A stretch of 17,868 nt of DNA from a virus (taxonomy: Duplodnaviria > Heunggongvirae > Uroviricota > Caudoviricetes), in the IMG/VR virus record IMGVR_UViG_2617271049_000015, positions 1 to 17,868 of that record; one strand, written 5' to 3'. A program made the position numbers and the translations under genes. This document shows positions 1 through 9,043 of this stretch, in pieces. The notes under the pieces were generated by a model, which worked only from the letters and a program-made list of their open reading frames with translations, did no database searches and was not told the origin of the DNA. Positions within the stretch are counted from its first letter, which is position 1. The number at the start of each line of letters is the position of its first letter.

Positions 1-1164
1 TTACGCCTTCTTTATATCCTCCATAATTCCAGAGTGGGACATATTTGGGACATTATCACCAAAAATGTCGTCTATTTTCCTCGCATGCTCTGTCAAATGA
101 TTAGGCGCAAGGTGAGCATACCTACGAACCATTTCTATGGACTCCCATCCGCCCATTTCCTGAAGCACTGATAATGGGACGCCTGACTGAATCAGCCAGC
201 TTGCCCAGGTGTGTCTGAGGTCATGGAAACGGAAATCTTCAATTCCTGCACGACGACAAGCTGATAGCCATGATGTCTTGCTGTCGATGCGCATCTTCCT
301 GACCGCAGGCGTTGATGTTCCATCTGCTCGCTTAGCCGCCTTGGTATGTACAAACACCCATTTGTGATGCTTGCCTATTTGATCACGCAACACTTTACAG
401 GCGGTATCGTTTAGCGCCACACCAATGGCGCGGTTTGATTTGCTCTCTTCTGGATTCACCCAGGCAACTCGTCGCTGCATGTCGATTTGTTGGCATTCCA
501 GATTTATGATGTTCGACTTTCTCAGACCAGTTGCCAGCGCAAACTTGACGACAGATTTCAGTGGTTCGGGGCACTCATCAATAAGGCGTTTTGCTTCCTC
601 CTTTTCCAGCCATCTGACTCGCTTGTTTCTGACCGCTGGTATCTTGATGACAGGCGCTTTTTCCAGCCACTTCCAGTCGCGTTCTGCAGCACGGAGAATG
701 GCCTTTATCATGGCAAGATGCTTTGCCTTTGTCTGAGTTGATACTGGCTTTGGTTCATAAACAGGCAGTTCTTTACCTTTCCTGATGGCGGCCTGAACTT
801 TCTGTTTCCATATTTCTTTCGTCTTTCTGTTATGCATTCTGCTTACAGCAGAGTAAATCTTTGCCTCCGAGATATCTTTAAGCCTTATACCCTCAAAATG
901 TTCAAGCCAGAACTCAATCCGGCTTTTATCTGAATCGAGAGATTTTTTATCAGCTTTTTCCTCAAGCCATCTTAGGCAGGCCTCTTCAAAAGTGACATCA
1001 GGTAAATCCCCTAGCTTTTCTACTCGCCAGAGTTCTGCTTTTCGCTTGTCGTGCAACTCCTGAGCTTGCCGCTTGTCCTTTGTGCCAAGAGATTCCTTAA
1101 TTCGTTTCCCGCCCGGGAGCGAATACGAGGCATACCATATTTCATTTCTGCGGAAGAGTGACAT
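1..1164 (-). CDS. intD: Lambdoid prophage tyrosine integrase (DLP12 IntD-type), 387 aa
   Basis: Full ORF with ATG at 1164 preceded by GAGGAAAG SD; C-terminal tyrosine-recombinase catalytic region (HDLRHT...RYAH); stop codon at 1-3, so the att site is outside the window. Confidence 0.93.
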   Translation of the reverse strand: MSLFRRNEIWYASYSLPGGKRIKESLGTKDKRQAQELHDKRKAELWRVEKLGDLPDVTFEEACLRWLEEKADKKSLDSDKSRIEFWLEHFEGIRLKDISEAKIYSAVSRMHNRKTKEIWKQKVQAAIRKGKELPVYEPKPVSTQTKAKHLAMIKAILRAAERDWKWLEKAPVIKIPAVRNKRVRWLEKEEAKRLIDECPEPLKSVVKFALATGLRKSNIINLECQQIDMQRRVAWVNPEESKSNRAIGVALNDTACKVLRDQIGKHHKWVFVHTKAAKRADGTSTPAVRKMRIDSKTSWLSACRRAGIEDFRFHDLRHTWASWLIQSGVPLSVLQEMGGWESIEMVRRYAHLAPNHLTEHARKIDDIFGDNVPNMSHSGIMEDIKKA

Positions 1165-1391
1165 TTTCTTTCCTCTGTTATGCCATCACCCGCGCTCACC
1201 TGGACAGTATGCAGCGGAGACTGAAGCGCCGCAATGCAGGCTTGCCGTGTTGTGAGGTAAGGAGATTTTGGCTTGGTTGGATCTTTACGTGTTGCCTGTA
1301 GGCGGCCTGTTCGTATCCAGTTGGTGGCGGTTGGTCTGGATATCTTAAGAAACTGACAGGCCTCATCGAGTGTGAGGCTGTATGATTCCAT
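1020..1391 (-). CDS. xisD: Excisionase-like protein (Xis); ORF runs unusually far into int
   Basis: ATG at 1391 with GAGGT SD 5 nt upstream; N-terminus [31 protein letters not shown] is an Xis/AlpA-type HTH; frame stays open to 1020, overlapping int by about 145 nt, so the true C-terminus is uncertain (possible frameshifted pseudogene). Confidence 0.55.
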   Translation of the reverse strand: MESYSLTLDEACQFLKISRPTATNWIRTGRLQATRKDPTKPKSPYLTTRQACIAALQSPLHTVQVSAGDGITEERKCHSSAEMKYGMPRIRSRAGNELRNLLAQRTSGKLRSCTTSEKQNSGE

Positions 1392-1466
1392 GGTTACCTC
1401 TGCTTTTTGAACGCATGTCACGTAACTTCTTAATGTGTTCTGCCGTTTCGATCTCTTCTGCTATCT

Positions 1467-1727
1467 GTGCCCACATTCGAGAAATGGTGTGAGTTGACTG
1501 AGCAGAAACCTGTCGGATGGGTGCGTGATGCTATGAAAGAAGCGTATGACGGATGCCGCGACGCCATGCTTCAGGGTGCCGAAAAAGCCGAGTCGCCCAC
1601 CACCATGCAGACCGCGCCAGCCCTAGATTCTTCGCCAAAAATTTCCGAGTCGCCCGTCAGCAACTCTCCGGTGATTCCGGATGGTTGGGTGCTGGTTCCT
1701 AAGGAGCCAACTCCAGAAATGCGTTAG
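1467..1727 (+). pseudogene. Remnant ORF (GTG start, no SD), possibly the 3' fragment of a deleted early gene
   Basis: 86-codon open frame with no recognisable ribosome-binding site; lies where the immunity/replication module has been lost; no family recognised. Confidence 0.25.
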
Positions 1728-1886
1728 GCGTACCATCAGGCGCAGGAAGAGTGTGAAGATGGCGGTAGATTATGGAGCCCAGACCACCAATGGAAGGCCA
1801 TGATCGCAGCAGCACCGCAGCAGGAGGCGAAGTGATTATGTCGTGACAGCATAATTGCGATGTCAACGATAAGCAGAGGTTTGAAA

Positions 1887-2081
1887 ATGAAATCACAATC
1901 ACCAGTGCAGCATGAAGTTAACATCGACGGCAAAGAGTATGTTGTCACAGTAGTCCAAACCGGCAAGTCAACGTGGAGGGCATGGGGAGATTCCTGGGGG
2001 CGCCATATAGTCGAAACAGGTTCTAGCGAACATAGCGCGCTTTCTCATTGGAAAGCAAAAGCTTTAGTTATGAATGGGTAG
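1887..2081 (+). CDS. Hypothetical small protein (64 aa)
   Basis: ATG at 1887 with AGAGG SD 7 nt upstream (an in-frame ATG at 1860 lacks an SD); hydrophilic, Trp-rich; no family recognised. Confidence 0.45.
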   Translation: MKSQSPVQHEVNIDGKEYVVTVVQTGKSTWRAWGDSWGRHIVETGSSEHSALSHWKAKALVMNG

Positions 2082-2104
2082 CGCGGAAACTTTGAAGGTA
2101 TAAT

Positions 2105-2130
2105 CCCCTCAAATAATCGAGGGGGTTTTT
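2105..2130 (+). terminator. GC stem-loop (CCCCTC-8 nt-GAGGGG) plus T5 that overlaps the SD of the next ORF; a TATAAT hexamer sits at 2099-2104
   Basis: Inverted repeat 2105-2110 / 2119-2124 followed by TTTTT ending at 2130; start codon at 2131. Could be a terminator, an RBS-occluding hairpin, or the leader of a transcript starting from the TATAAT. Confidence 0.35.
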
Positions 2131-2640
2131 ATGTCTGGTTGGGATAACGGTATAGATGCAGTTTCTGCGATTGCAGCTATCGCATCTGCGGTAGCAACTT
2201 ATTTAGCATGGCGATCCTCAGAAGCTAGCAGGGCCACATCCGAAAAAGCTTTGCAGTTGCAAGGAAAGCAGTATTTGTACGAGACATTAAAAGCTTGCGC
2301 TGAGAGAGCGAATTCATACTCAAAAGGAAAGAAAGGGGCTGACTGGAGCTTTCATGACGCAGCCAATATTGTTCGATGTTTGAACATGGCAATGGGGAGC
2401 ATAATAAATTACTCAGATACCAACAATCAGGATGCAATGAAAGGTCTGAAGCAATTCTTTATTAGCCAATTAAACATGGAGCTTTTTGAAGAGCTCAACT
2501 ATGAGGTTGGGCCTGATGCCTTCTTTCACGGAGAGGAGCTAACCAGCATGACGAGCGATATTTACTCGCAGTGGTTAAACATTATTTCATTCTTTAACCT
2601 CATGATTGTCACAGATGATGACCTCGCCGATGAAACATAG
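2131..2640 (+). CDS. Hypothetical membrane-anchored protein (169 aa), strain-specific moron
   Basis: ATG preceded by GAGGGGG SD; one N-terminal hydrophobic helix (IDAVSAIAAIASAVATYLAW) followed by a ~140 aa soluble domain with acidic C-terminus; looks more AT-rich than flanking phage genes; not part of the K-12 DLP12 layout as I recall it. Confidence 0.7.
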   Translation: MSGWDNGIDAVSAIAAIASAVATYLAWRSSEASRATSEKALQLQGKQYLYETLKACAERANSYSKGKKGADWSFHDAANIVRCLNMAMGSIINYSDTNNQDAMKGLKQFFISQLNMELFEELNYEVGPDAFFHGEELTSMTSDIYSQWLNIISFFNLMIVTDDDLADET

Positions 2641-2729
2641 CTTGATTGATTTTCCATAATCAACCCGCCATAATCATGTCATCGGAGCCTGAACAACTCC
2701 GGTGACTTCTGCGCTAAACGGGGACGTTT

Positions 2730-2831
2730 ATGCGCACATACAATCCAAACTCTCTTCTCCCTTCACAGATGCAGAAATGCACCTGCGTTTTTTTGCATCC
2801 AGCGTTTGATCTCTGCGGAGGTGAAGCGTGA
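2730..2831 (+). CDS. ylcH: Small Cys-containing protein (33 aa), YlcH-like
   Basis: ATG at 2730; [33 protein letters not shown]; stop overlaps the GTG start of ybcN (GTGA); position matches ylcH upstream of ybcN in DLP12. Confidence 0.5.
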   Translation: MRTYNPNSLLPSQMQKCTCVFLHPAFDLCGGEA

Positions 2832-3283
2832 ACCTCCCACAAGATGGTATCAAATTGCATCGCGGTAACTTCACCGCTATCGGTCGGCAGATCCAGCCTT
2901 ATCTGGAGGACGGCAAATGCTTTCGCATGGTGCTTAAACCGTGGCGCGAGAGACGCAGTCTTTCCCAGAATGCACTCAGCCACATGTGGTACAGCGAAAT
3001 CAGTGAATACCTCATCAGCAAGGGTAAAACGTTCGCCACTCCAGCTTGGGTAAAAGATGCTCTCAAACACACATATCTCGGTTATGAAACCAAAGACCTG
3101 GTTGATGTCGTAACCGGTGATATCACCACTATCCAGTCGTTACGCCATACCTCCGATCTTGATACCGGAGAGATGTATGTCTTCCTGTGTAAGGTTGAAG
3201 CCTGGACGATGAATATTGGCTGCCACCTGACTATTCCGCAGAGCTGCGAGTTCCAGCAGCTCCGCGACAAACAGGAGGAGTAA
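2828..3283 (+). CDS. ybcN: NinB-family recombination protein (151 aa)
   Basis: GTG start with GGAGGTG SD; RSLSQN motif shared with lambda NinB; sequence matches my memory of DLP12 YbcN. Confidence 0.9.
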   Translation: MNLPQDGIKLHRGNFTAIGRQIQPYLEDGKCFRMVLKPWRERRSLSQNALSHMWYSEISEYLISKGKTFATPAWVKDALKHTYLGYETKDLVDVVTGDITTIQSLRHTSDLDTGEMYVFLCKVEAWTMNIGCHLTIPQSCEFQQLRDKQEE

Positions 3284-3453
3284 TGGCTACACCGCTTATT
3301 CGTGTCATGAACGGACACATCTACAGAGTACCAAATCGTCGTAAGCGTAAACCGGAGCTGAAGCCTTCCGAAATACCAACACTGCTCGGATATACCGCCA
3401 GCCTGGTTGATAAAAAATGGTTGCGACTGGCAGCAAGGAGGAATCATGGCTGA
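3283..3453 (+). CDS. ninE: NinE-family protein (56 aa)
   Basis: ATG overlaps the ybcN stop (TAATG); basic RRKRKP segment as in lambda NinE; too short to appear in the supplied ORF track. Confidence 0.8.
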   Translation: MATPLIRVMNGHIYRVPNRRKRKPELKPSEIPTLLGYTASLVDKKWLRLAARRNHG

Positions 3454-3736
3454 TTTGAGAAAAGCAGCGCGTAGTCGGGAATGCCAGGTAAGAATCCCTG
3501 GCGTATGTAATGGCAACCCTGAAACGTCTGTACTGGCACATATCCGGCTGGCTGGATTGTGCGGCACCGGTATTAAACCGCCAGACCTTATTGCCACCAT
3601 TGCCTGTTCTGCCTGTCACGACGAAATCGACCGCCGCACGCATTTTGTCGATGCTGAGTACGCAAAAGAATGCGCGCTGGAAGGTATGGCGAGAACGCAG
3701 GTTATCTGGCTGAAAGAGGGGGTAATCAAGGCGTGA
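3446..3736 (+). CDS. ybcO: DUF1364-type putative nuclease (96 aa)
   Basis: ATG at 3446 overlapping ninE 3' end; Cys-rich CxxC...CxxCH pattern; the supplied ORF at 3407 is an upstream in-frame extension. Confidence 0.88.
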   Translation: MADLRKAARSRECQVRIPGVCNGNPETSVLAHIRLAGLCGTGIKPPDLIATIACSACHDEIDRRTHFVDAEYAKECALEGMARTQVIWLKEGVIKA

Positions 3737-4095
3737 ATACTTACCACATCACACTACCCTGGCCTCCGAGCAATAACCGCTATTACCGCCATAATCGCGG
3801 GCGCGCACACATCAGCGCAGAAGGGCAGGCATACCGCGATAACGTCACCCGAATCATTAAAAACGCAATGCTGGATATCGGCCTGGCTATGCCAGTGAAA
3901 ATCCGTATTGAGTGCCACATGCCGGATCGCCGTCGCCGTGACCTGGATAATCTGCAAAAGGCCGCTTTTGACGCACTCACCAAAGCAGGTTTCTGGCTGG
4001 ATGATGCTCAGGTCGTTGATTACCGCGTTGTGAAGATGCCTGTTACCAAAGGTGGGAGGCTGGAACTGACCATCACCGAAATGGGGAATGAATGA
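3733..4095 (+). CDS. rusA: Holliday-junction resolvase RusA (120 aa)
   Basis: GTG start overlapping the ybcO stop (GTGA); [20 protein letters not shown]... matches RusA; the supplied ORF at 3670 is an upstream extension. Confidence 0.92.
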   Translation: MNTYHITLPWPPSNNRYYRHNRGRAHISAEGQAYRDNVTRIIKNAMLDIGLAMPVKIRIECHMPDRRRRDLDNLQKAAFDALTKAGFWLDDAQVVDYRVVKMPVTKGGRLELTITEMGNE

Positions 4096-4232
4096 TGTTT
4101 GAGTCTTATATGGCAGAGCGTCTTCGCCGCCGCTGGGTGCGCCTGCGCTTATATCGTTTTCCTGGTTCTGTTTTGACCGATTACCGGATACTGAAGAATT
4201 ACGCCAAAACCCTGACAGGAGCAGGAGTATGA
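4092..4232 (+). CDS. ylcG: Small basic protein (46 aa), YlcG-like
   Basis: ATG overlapping the rusA stop; [23 protein letters not shown]...; position between rusA and Q as in DLP12. Confidence 0.6.
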   Translation: MMFESYMAERLRRRWVRLRLYRFPGSVLTDYRILKNYAKTLTGAGV

Positions 4233-4317
4233 AGTCAGAGATAACAATCAACTAATACTGTTTTGTTGATTTTTGCTTGTAATTGGCGTTCTGGTCTGAT
4301 TTTTGTGGAGTAAGTTG

Positions 4318-4701
4318 ATGCGTGATATTCAGATGGTTCTTGAGCGTTGGGGAGCGTGGGCGGCTAATAATCATGAAGATGTGACCTGGTCGTCCATTGC
4401 CGCCGGTTTTAAGGGATTAATTACTTCAAAAGTAAAATCTCGCCCGCAATGTTGTGACGATGACGCGATGATCATTTGCGGGTGCATGGCCCGTCTGAAA
4501 AAGAACAACAGCGATTTGCACGATTTATTAGTAGATTATTATGTAGTCGGTATGACATTCATGTCACTGGCAGGTAAGCATTGCTGCTCTGATGGTTATA
4601 TCGGGAAAAGGTTACAGAAGGCTGAGGGTATAATTGAAGGGATGTTAATGGCATTAGATATCCGGTTAGAGATGGATATCGTTGTTAATAACTCTAATTA
4701 A
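4318..4701 (+). CDS. quuD: Q-like late-gene antiterminator (127 aa)
   Basis: ATG at 4318 with GGAG SD 8 nt upstream (TTG at 4303 is an in-frame extension); Cys-rich zinc-binding region [12 protein letters not shown]; position immediately before the late region. Confidence 0.85.
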   Translation: MRDIQMVLERWGAWAANNHEDVTWSSIAAGFKGLITSKVKSRPQCCDDDAMIICGCMARLKKNNSDLHDLLVDYYVVGMTFMSLAGKHCCSDGYIGKRLQKAEGIIEGMLMALDIRLEMDIVVNNSN

Positions 4702-4840
4702 TATGCCAGTTGTTTACTAAAAGTTATTAAAAATGGGGCGTTGCAACGCCCCCAAAAATAAAGGGTAATATATAACAGAAGGTTTATATAGTTAGAAGCA
4801 AGGTTGTGCTCCTAAAGGAAGTGGCTTGAGGGAGCCACTT

Positions 4841-4879
4841 ATATGTTGGGGAGGCAAAGCCTCCCGCAACATATCTTTT
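4841..4879 (+). terminator. Long imperfect hairpin followed by CTTTTT, downstream of quuD and 18 nt past the nmpC stop; candidate tR'-like / convergent terminator
   Basis: ATATGTTGGGGAGGC-AAA-GCCTCCCGCAACATAT (about 15 bp stem with one bulge) then CTTTTT. A second palindrome GGGGCGTTGCAACGCCCC at 4735-4752 is followed by a T-rich run on the minus strand. Confidence 0.5.
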
Positions 4880-4890
4880 TCGTAATCAGA

Positions 4891-5988
4891 TTAGAACTGG
4901 TAAACCAGACCTACAGCAACGATGTCATCAGTGCTTACACCGAGTGCTTTAGTGAAGTCATTTTTGTCAAGCAGGTTGATTTTGTAATCAACGAAAGTAG
5001 ACATATTTTTGTTGAAGTAATAGGTTGCACCTACATCAACATATTTGACTAAGTCCTGATCGCCCCATACTCCAAGATCCTTACCTTTAGATTGCAGGTA
5101 AGCAACGGACGGACGCAGACCGAAATCGAACTGATATTGTGCAACAGCTTCGAAGTTTTGAGCTTTATTAGCAACGAAGTGATCAGCAAATACAGTCATA
5201 TTCTGGGTTTCAGAATAGGTAGTGGCCAGGTAAATGTTGTTAGCGTCATATTTCAGACCTGCGGCCCAAACTTCTGCATTTTTACCGGAAGCAAATACTT
5301 CAGGAAGAACTTTCCCTGCATTAACTTGAGTGTCGGTACGATCAGATTTCGCATAAGTTGCACCGATACCGAATCCTTCGTATTCATAGGTAGCAGAGAA
5401 ACCGAAGCCATCACCGTTACCTTCAGTGTAGTTATCGAAATCGCTACGATCGTTTTTGCCTTGGTACTGAGCAGCAAAGTTCAGACCATCAACCAGACCA
5501 AAGAAGTCGTTGTTACGATAGGTTGCAACACCAGTGGTACGACCAGTCATGAACACATCTGTTTGGGTCCAGGTATCGCCACCGAATTCTGGCAGAACGT
5601 CAGTCCACGCACCGATGTCGTATGCTACACCGTAGTTACGGCCGTAATCGATTGAGCCGTAGTCACCGAATTTCAGGCCTGCAAATGCAAGACGGGTTTT
5701 GTCTTTGGAGGAACCTTGAGATTCAGCGCGGTTGCCTTTGAATTCATATTCCCACTGACCGAAACCAGTCAGCTGATCGTTGATTTGGGTTTCACCTTTG
5801 AAGCCAAGACGGGCATAAGTAGTATCACCATCATCTGCATCATTAGAGGAGAAGTAGTGCTTAGCATTAACTTTCCCGTACAGATCCAGCTTGTTACTGT
5901 CTTTATTATAAATTTCAGCTGCCTGAGCAGACATCGCCATCAGTACTGATGCAGCTACAGCAGAAATTGCCACTGTTAATTTTTTCAT
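4891..5988 (-). CDS. nmpC: OmpC/OmpF-family general porin NmpC, intact (365 aa)
   Basis: ATG at 5988; signal peptide [23 protein letters not shown]; porin C-terminus ending in F; uninterrupted reading frame. Confidence 0.93.
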   Translation of the reverse strand: MKKLTVAISAVAASVLMAMSAQAAEIYNKDSNKLDLYGKVNAKHYFSSNDADDGDTTYARLGFKGETQINDQLTGFGQWEYEFKGNRAESQGSSKDKTRLAFAGLKFGDYGSIDYGRNYGVAYDIGAWTDVLPEFGGDTWTQTDVFMTGRTTGVATYRNNDFFGLVDGLNFAAQYQGKNDRSDFDNYTEGNGDGFGFSATYEYEGFGIGATYAKSDRTDTQVNAGKVLPEVFASGKNAEVWAAGLKYDANNIYLATTYSETQNMTVFADHFVANKAQNFEAVAQYQFDFGLRPSVAYLQSKGKDLGVWGDQDLVKYVDVGATYYFNKNMSTFVDYKINLLDKNDFTKALGVSTDDIVAVGLVYQF

Positions 5989-6416
5989 CGTGAGCCCTTT
6001 TTTTTGAACTATTATTAAAAAATGATGTCACTGCGCGATAAATATTCATCTAATCAATGTGATTATTTCAAGATGTAAGTTTTGGTTTCTCGTTTGATTT
6101 GTGAAGTAGATCTCTATTTTTATCTGAACTTTTTTCTATCGAATCCTATTTATAGCTCTTGGCTGAATAAAAATAAATCTATTAGCCAATTTATATTAAC
6201 GGCTGTTATTTATAAGTGCTCTATAATTTGAAGGTTCAATTTAAATCGGCTAAAAATAACACTGGAAATTATTTGTTGGTTATTTGTTGATATTTGCTTA
6301 TGTATTTGTAGTGGTGTTTTCAATACTCGGTAGCATTCTCGCAAATATCATTTAGTGGTTTACGTACGTAAAAAATTGGTTATGCTGTTAAGAGTGGTTA
6401 CTTCGTCACACAGCTT

Positions 6417-6446
6417 AAACCCGCCGTCGAGCGGGTTTTTCCATTT
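6417..6446 (+). terminator. Intrinsic terminator upstream of the lysis cassette
   Basis: AAACCCGC-CGTCGA-GCGGGTTTTT stem-loop with U-tract, about 120 nt upstream of essD. Confidence 0.6.
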
Positions 6447-6561
6447 TTTGAGTCTCGATATTAGCTGATAACCCAATACCTGAGTTATTCACTGACTCCG
6501 AGTCTGTTACGTTTCGTAGTATTCCCTCAATTTACACCCGCTTTGTCTGCGAGGTGGGGTT

Positions 6562-6777
6562 ATGAAATCCATGGATAAGTTAACAACGGGTGTCGCCTAT
6601 GGCACCTCAGCAGGTAGTGCCGGGTACTGGTTTTTACAGCTGCTAGATAAAGTCACGCCCTCACAGTGGGCGGCAATTGGAGTGCTGGGTAGCCTGGTAT
6701 TTGGCCTGCTGACGTACCAGACAAACCTTTATTTCAAGATTAAAGAAGATAAGCGTAAGGCTGCGAGAGGTGAATAA
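6562..6777 (+). CDS. essD: Phage holin (71 aa)
   Basis: GAGGTGGGG SD; small protein with transmembrane segments and charged C-terminus; first gene of the lysis cassette. Confidence 0.9.
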   Translation: MKSMDKLTTGVAYGTSAGSAGYWFLQLLDKVTPSQWAAIGVLGSLVFGLLTYQTNLYFKIKEDKRKAARGE

Positions 6778-7274
6778 TGTCGCCATCATTACGCAAGGCT
6801 GTAGCAGCTGCTATTGGTGGTGGGGCTGTTGCCATAGCGTCTGTGCTCATCACTGGTCCGAGTGGTGACGATGGTCTGGAAGGTGTCAGCTACATACCAT
6901 ATAAAGATATTGTTGGTGTATGGACTGTATGTCACGGGCATACAGGAAAAGACATCATGCTCGGTAAAACGTATACCAAAGCAGAATGCAAAGCACTCTT
7001 GAATAAAGACCTTGCCACTGTCGCCAGACAAATTAACCCGTACATCAAAGTCGATATACCGGAAACAACGCGCGGCGCTCTTTACTCATTCGTTTACAAC
7101 GTGGGTGCTGGCAATTTCAGAACATCGACGCTTCTTCGCAAAATAAACCAGGGCGATATCAAAGGCGCATGTGATCAGCTACGTCGCTGGACATATGCTG
7201 GCGGTAAGCAATGGAAAGGTCTCATGACTCGTCGTGAGATTGAGCGTGAAATCTGTTTGTGGGGTCAGCAATGA
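6777..7274 (+). CDS. rrrD: Phage lysozyme / endolysin with N-terminal signal-anchor (SAR-type), 165 aa
   Basis: ATG overlaps the holin stop (TAATG); N-terminal hydrophobic Gly/Ala-rich segment [20 protein letters not shown]; lysozyme-like core. Confidence 0.92.
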   Translation: MSPSLRKAVAAAIGGGAVAIASVLITGPSGDDGLEGVSYIPYKDIVGVWTVCHGHTGKDIMLGKTYTKAECKALLNKDLATVARQINPYIKVDIPETTRGALYSFVYNVGAGNFRTSTLLRKINQGDIKGACDQLRRWTYAGGKQWKGLMTRREIEREICLWGQQ

Positions 7275-7732
7275 ACAGAGTAACCGCGATTATCTCCGCT
7301 CTGGTTATCTGCATCATCGTCTGCCTGTCATGGGCTGTTAATCATTACCGTGATAACGCCATTACCTACAAAGCCCAGCGCGACAAAAATGTCAGAGAAC
7401 TGAAGCTGGCGAACGCGGCAATTACTGACATGCAGATGCGTCAGCGTGATGTTGCTGCGCTCGATGCAAAATACACGAAGGAGTTAGCTGATGCGAAAGC
7501 TGAAAATGATGCTCTGCGTGATGATGTTGCCGCTGGTCGTCGTCGGTTGCACATCAAAGCAGTCTGTCAGTCAGTGCGTGAAGCCACCACCGCCTCCGGC
7601 GTGGATAATGCAGCCTCCCCCCGACTGGCAGACACCGCTGAACGGGATTATTTCACCCTCAGAGAGAGGCTGATCACTATGCAAAAACAACTGGAAGGAA
7701 CCCAGAAGTATATTAATGAGCAGTGCAGATAG
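7271..7732 (+). CDS. rzpD: Inner-membrane spanin Rz (153 aa)
   Basis: ATG overlapping the endolysin stop (ATGA); N-terminal TM helix then coiled-coil-like domain; contains the embedded Rz1 frame. Confidence 0.88.
   Translation: MNRVTAIISALVICIIVCLSWAVNHYRDNAITYKAQRDKNVRELKLANAAITDMQMRQRDVAALDAKYTKELADAKAENDALRDDVAAGRRRLHIKAVCQSVREATTASGVDNAASPRLADTAERDYFTLRERLITMQKQLEGTQKYINEQCR
7491..7673 (+). CDS. rzoD: Outer-membrane lipoprotein spanin Rz1 (60 aa), embedded in the +1 frame of Rz
   Basis: Lipobox VVGC; proline-rich mature region (PPPPPAW...PPPDW); entirely inside rzpD in another frame. Confidence 0.85.
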   Translation: MRKLKMMLCVMMLPLVVVGCTSKQSVSQCVKPPPPPAWIMQPPPDWQTPLNGIISPSERG

Positions 7733-7756
7733 AGTTGCCCATATCGATGGGCAACT
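7733..7756. terminator. 10-bp palindromic hairpin between convergent rzpD and borD
   Basis: AGTTGCCCAT-ATCG-ATGGGCAACT; no clear U-tract on either strand. Confidence 0.4.
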
Positions 7757-7763
7757 CATGCAA

Positions 7764-8057
7764 TTATTGTGAGCAATACACACGCGCTTCCAGCGGAGTA
7801 TAAATGCCTAAAGTAATAAAACCGAGCAATCCATTTACGAATGTTTGCTGGGTTTCTGTTTTAACAACATTTTCTGCGCCGCCACAAATTTTGGCTGCAT
7901 CGACAGTTTTCTTCTGCCCAATTCCAGAAACGAAGAAATGATGGGTGATGGTTTCCTTTGGTGCTACTGCTGCCGGTTTGTTTTGAACAGTAAACGTCTG
8001 TTGAGCACATCCTGTAATAAGCAGGGCCAGCGCAGTAGCGAGTAGCATTTTTTTCAT
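7764..8057 (-). CDS. borD: Bor-family outer-membrane lipoprotein (97 aa)
   Basis: Signal peptide with lipobox LITGC; matches lambda Bor / DLP12 BorD from memory. Confidence 0.92.
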   Translation of the reverse strand: MKKMLLATALALLITGCAQQTFTVQNKPAAVAPKETITHHFFVSGIGQKKTVDAAKICGGAENVVKTETQQTFVNGLLGFITLGIYTPLEARVYCSQ

Positions 8058-8347
8058 GGTGTTATTCCCGATGCTTTTTGAAGTTCGCAGAATCGTATGT
8101 GTAGAAAATTAAACAAACCCTAAACAATGAGTTGAAATTTCATATTGTTAATATTTATTAATGTATGTCAGGTGCGATGAATCGTCATTGTATTCCCGGA
8201 TTAACTATGTCCACAGCCCTGACGGGGAACTTCTCTGCGGGAGTGTCCGGGAATAATTAAAAACGATGCACACAGGGTTTAGCGCGTACACGTATTGCAT
8301 TATGCCAACGCCCCGGTGCTGACACGGAAGAAACCGGACGTTATGAT

Positions 8348-8800
8348 TTAGCGTGGAAAGATTTGTGTAGTGTTCTGAATGCTCTCAGTAAATAGTAATG
8401 AATTATCAAAGGTATAGTAATATCTTTTATGTTCATGGATATTTGTAACCCATCGGAAAACTCCTGCTTTAGCAAGATTTTCCCTGTATTGCTGAAATGT
8501 GATTTCTCTTGATTTCAACCTATCATAGGACGTTTCTATAAGATGCGTGTTTCTTGAGAATTTAACATTTACAACCTTTTTAAGTCCTTTTATTAACACA
8601 GTGTTATCGTTTTCTAACACGATGTGAATATTATCTGTGGCTAGATAGTAAATATAATGTGAGACGTTGTGACGTTTTAGTTCAGAATAAAACAATTCAC
8701 AGTTTAAATCTTTTCGCACTTGATCGAATATTTCTTTAAAAATGGCAACCTGAGCCATTGGTAAAACCTTCCATGTGATACGAGGGCGCGTAGTTTGCAT
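8348..8800 (-). CDS. ybcV: Lambdoid right-end protein of unknown function, YbcV-like (150 aa from the internal ATG)
   Basis: Open frame 8348-8881 with a GTG at 8881; ATG at 8800 ([11 protein letters not shown]...) chosen from memory of the K-12 protein; neither start has a clear SD. Confidence 0.6.
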   Translation of the reverse strand: MQTTRPRITWKVLPMAQVAIFKEIFDQVRKDLNCELFYSELKRHNVSHYIYYLATDNIHIVLENDNTVLIKGLKKVVNVKFSRNTHLIETSYDRLKSREITFQQYRENLAKAGVFRWVTNIHEHKRYYYTFDNSLLFTESIQNTTQIFPR

Positions 8801-9043
8801 TATCGTTTTTATCGTTTCAATCTGGTCTGACCTCTTTGTGTTTTGTTGATGATTTATGTCAAATATTAGGAATGTTTTCACTTAATAGTATTGGTTGCGT
8901 AACAAAGCGCGGTCCTGCTGGCATTCTGGAGGGAAATACAACCGACAGATGTATGTAAGGCCAACGTGCTCAAATCTTCATACAGAAAGATTTGAAGTAA
9001 TATTTTAACCGCTAGATGAAGAGCAAGCGCATGGAGTGACAAA

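Noticed and set aside
425-741. Plus-strand ORFs of 103 and 84 aa inside the integrase gene
   Set aside because: Antisense to a full-length, clearly homologous integrase; no SD; low-complexity Ser/Arg-rich translations.
1699-1966. Minus-strand ORFs of 67 and 76 aa across the variable region
   Set aside because: No SD, Cys/Ser-rich junk-like translations; the plus-strand ORF has a proper SD.
2714-3070. Minus-strand 118-aa ORF
   Set aside because: Antisense to ylcH/ybcN, which have homology support and coupled starts.
3407-3736. Longer forms of ybcO (from 3407) and rusA (from 3670) in the supplied track
   Set aside because: Upstream in-frame extensions; the starts at 3446 and 3733 are coupled to the preceding stop codons and give the expected protein lengths.
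3082-4251. Long minus-strand ORFs (172, 112, 165, 66 aa) across ninE, ybcO, rusA and ylcG
   Set aside because: Antisense shadows of GC-rich coding sequence; the plus-strand genes match known nin-region proteins.
4843-5949. Plus-strand ORFs inside nmpC (69, 187, 77 aa) and minus-strand 74 aa
   Set aside because: Overlap a full-length porin gene on the opposite strand; no independent support.
6001-6416. Possible sigma70 promoter hexamers and TTATTTGTTG direct repeats in the nmpC/essD intergenic region
   Set aside because: Several equally weak -35/-10 pairings can be drawn in AT-rich DNA; none can be preferred without transcript mapping.
7845-8045. Plus-strand 66-aa ORF inside borD
   Set aside because: Antisense to the conserved Bor lipoprotein gene.
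8194-8254. Inverted repeat TATTCCCGGA ... TCCGGGAATA upstream of borD
   Set aside because: Present in lambda-like backbone sequence as far as I recall; no function assignable from sequence.
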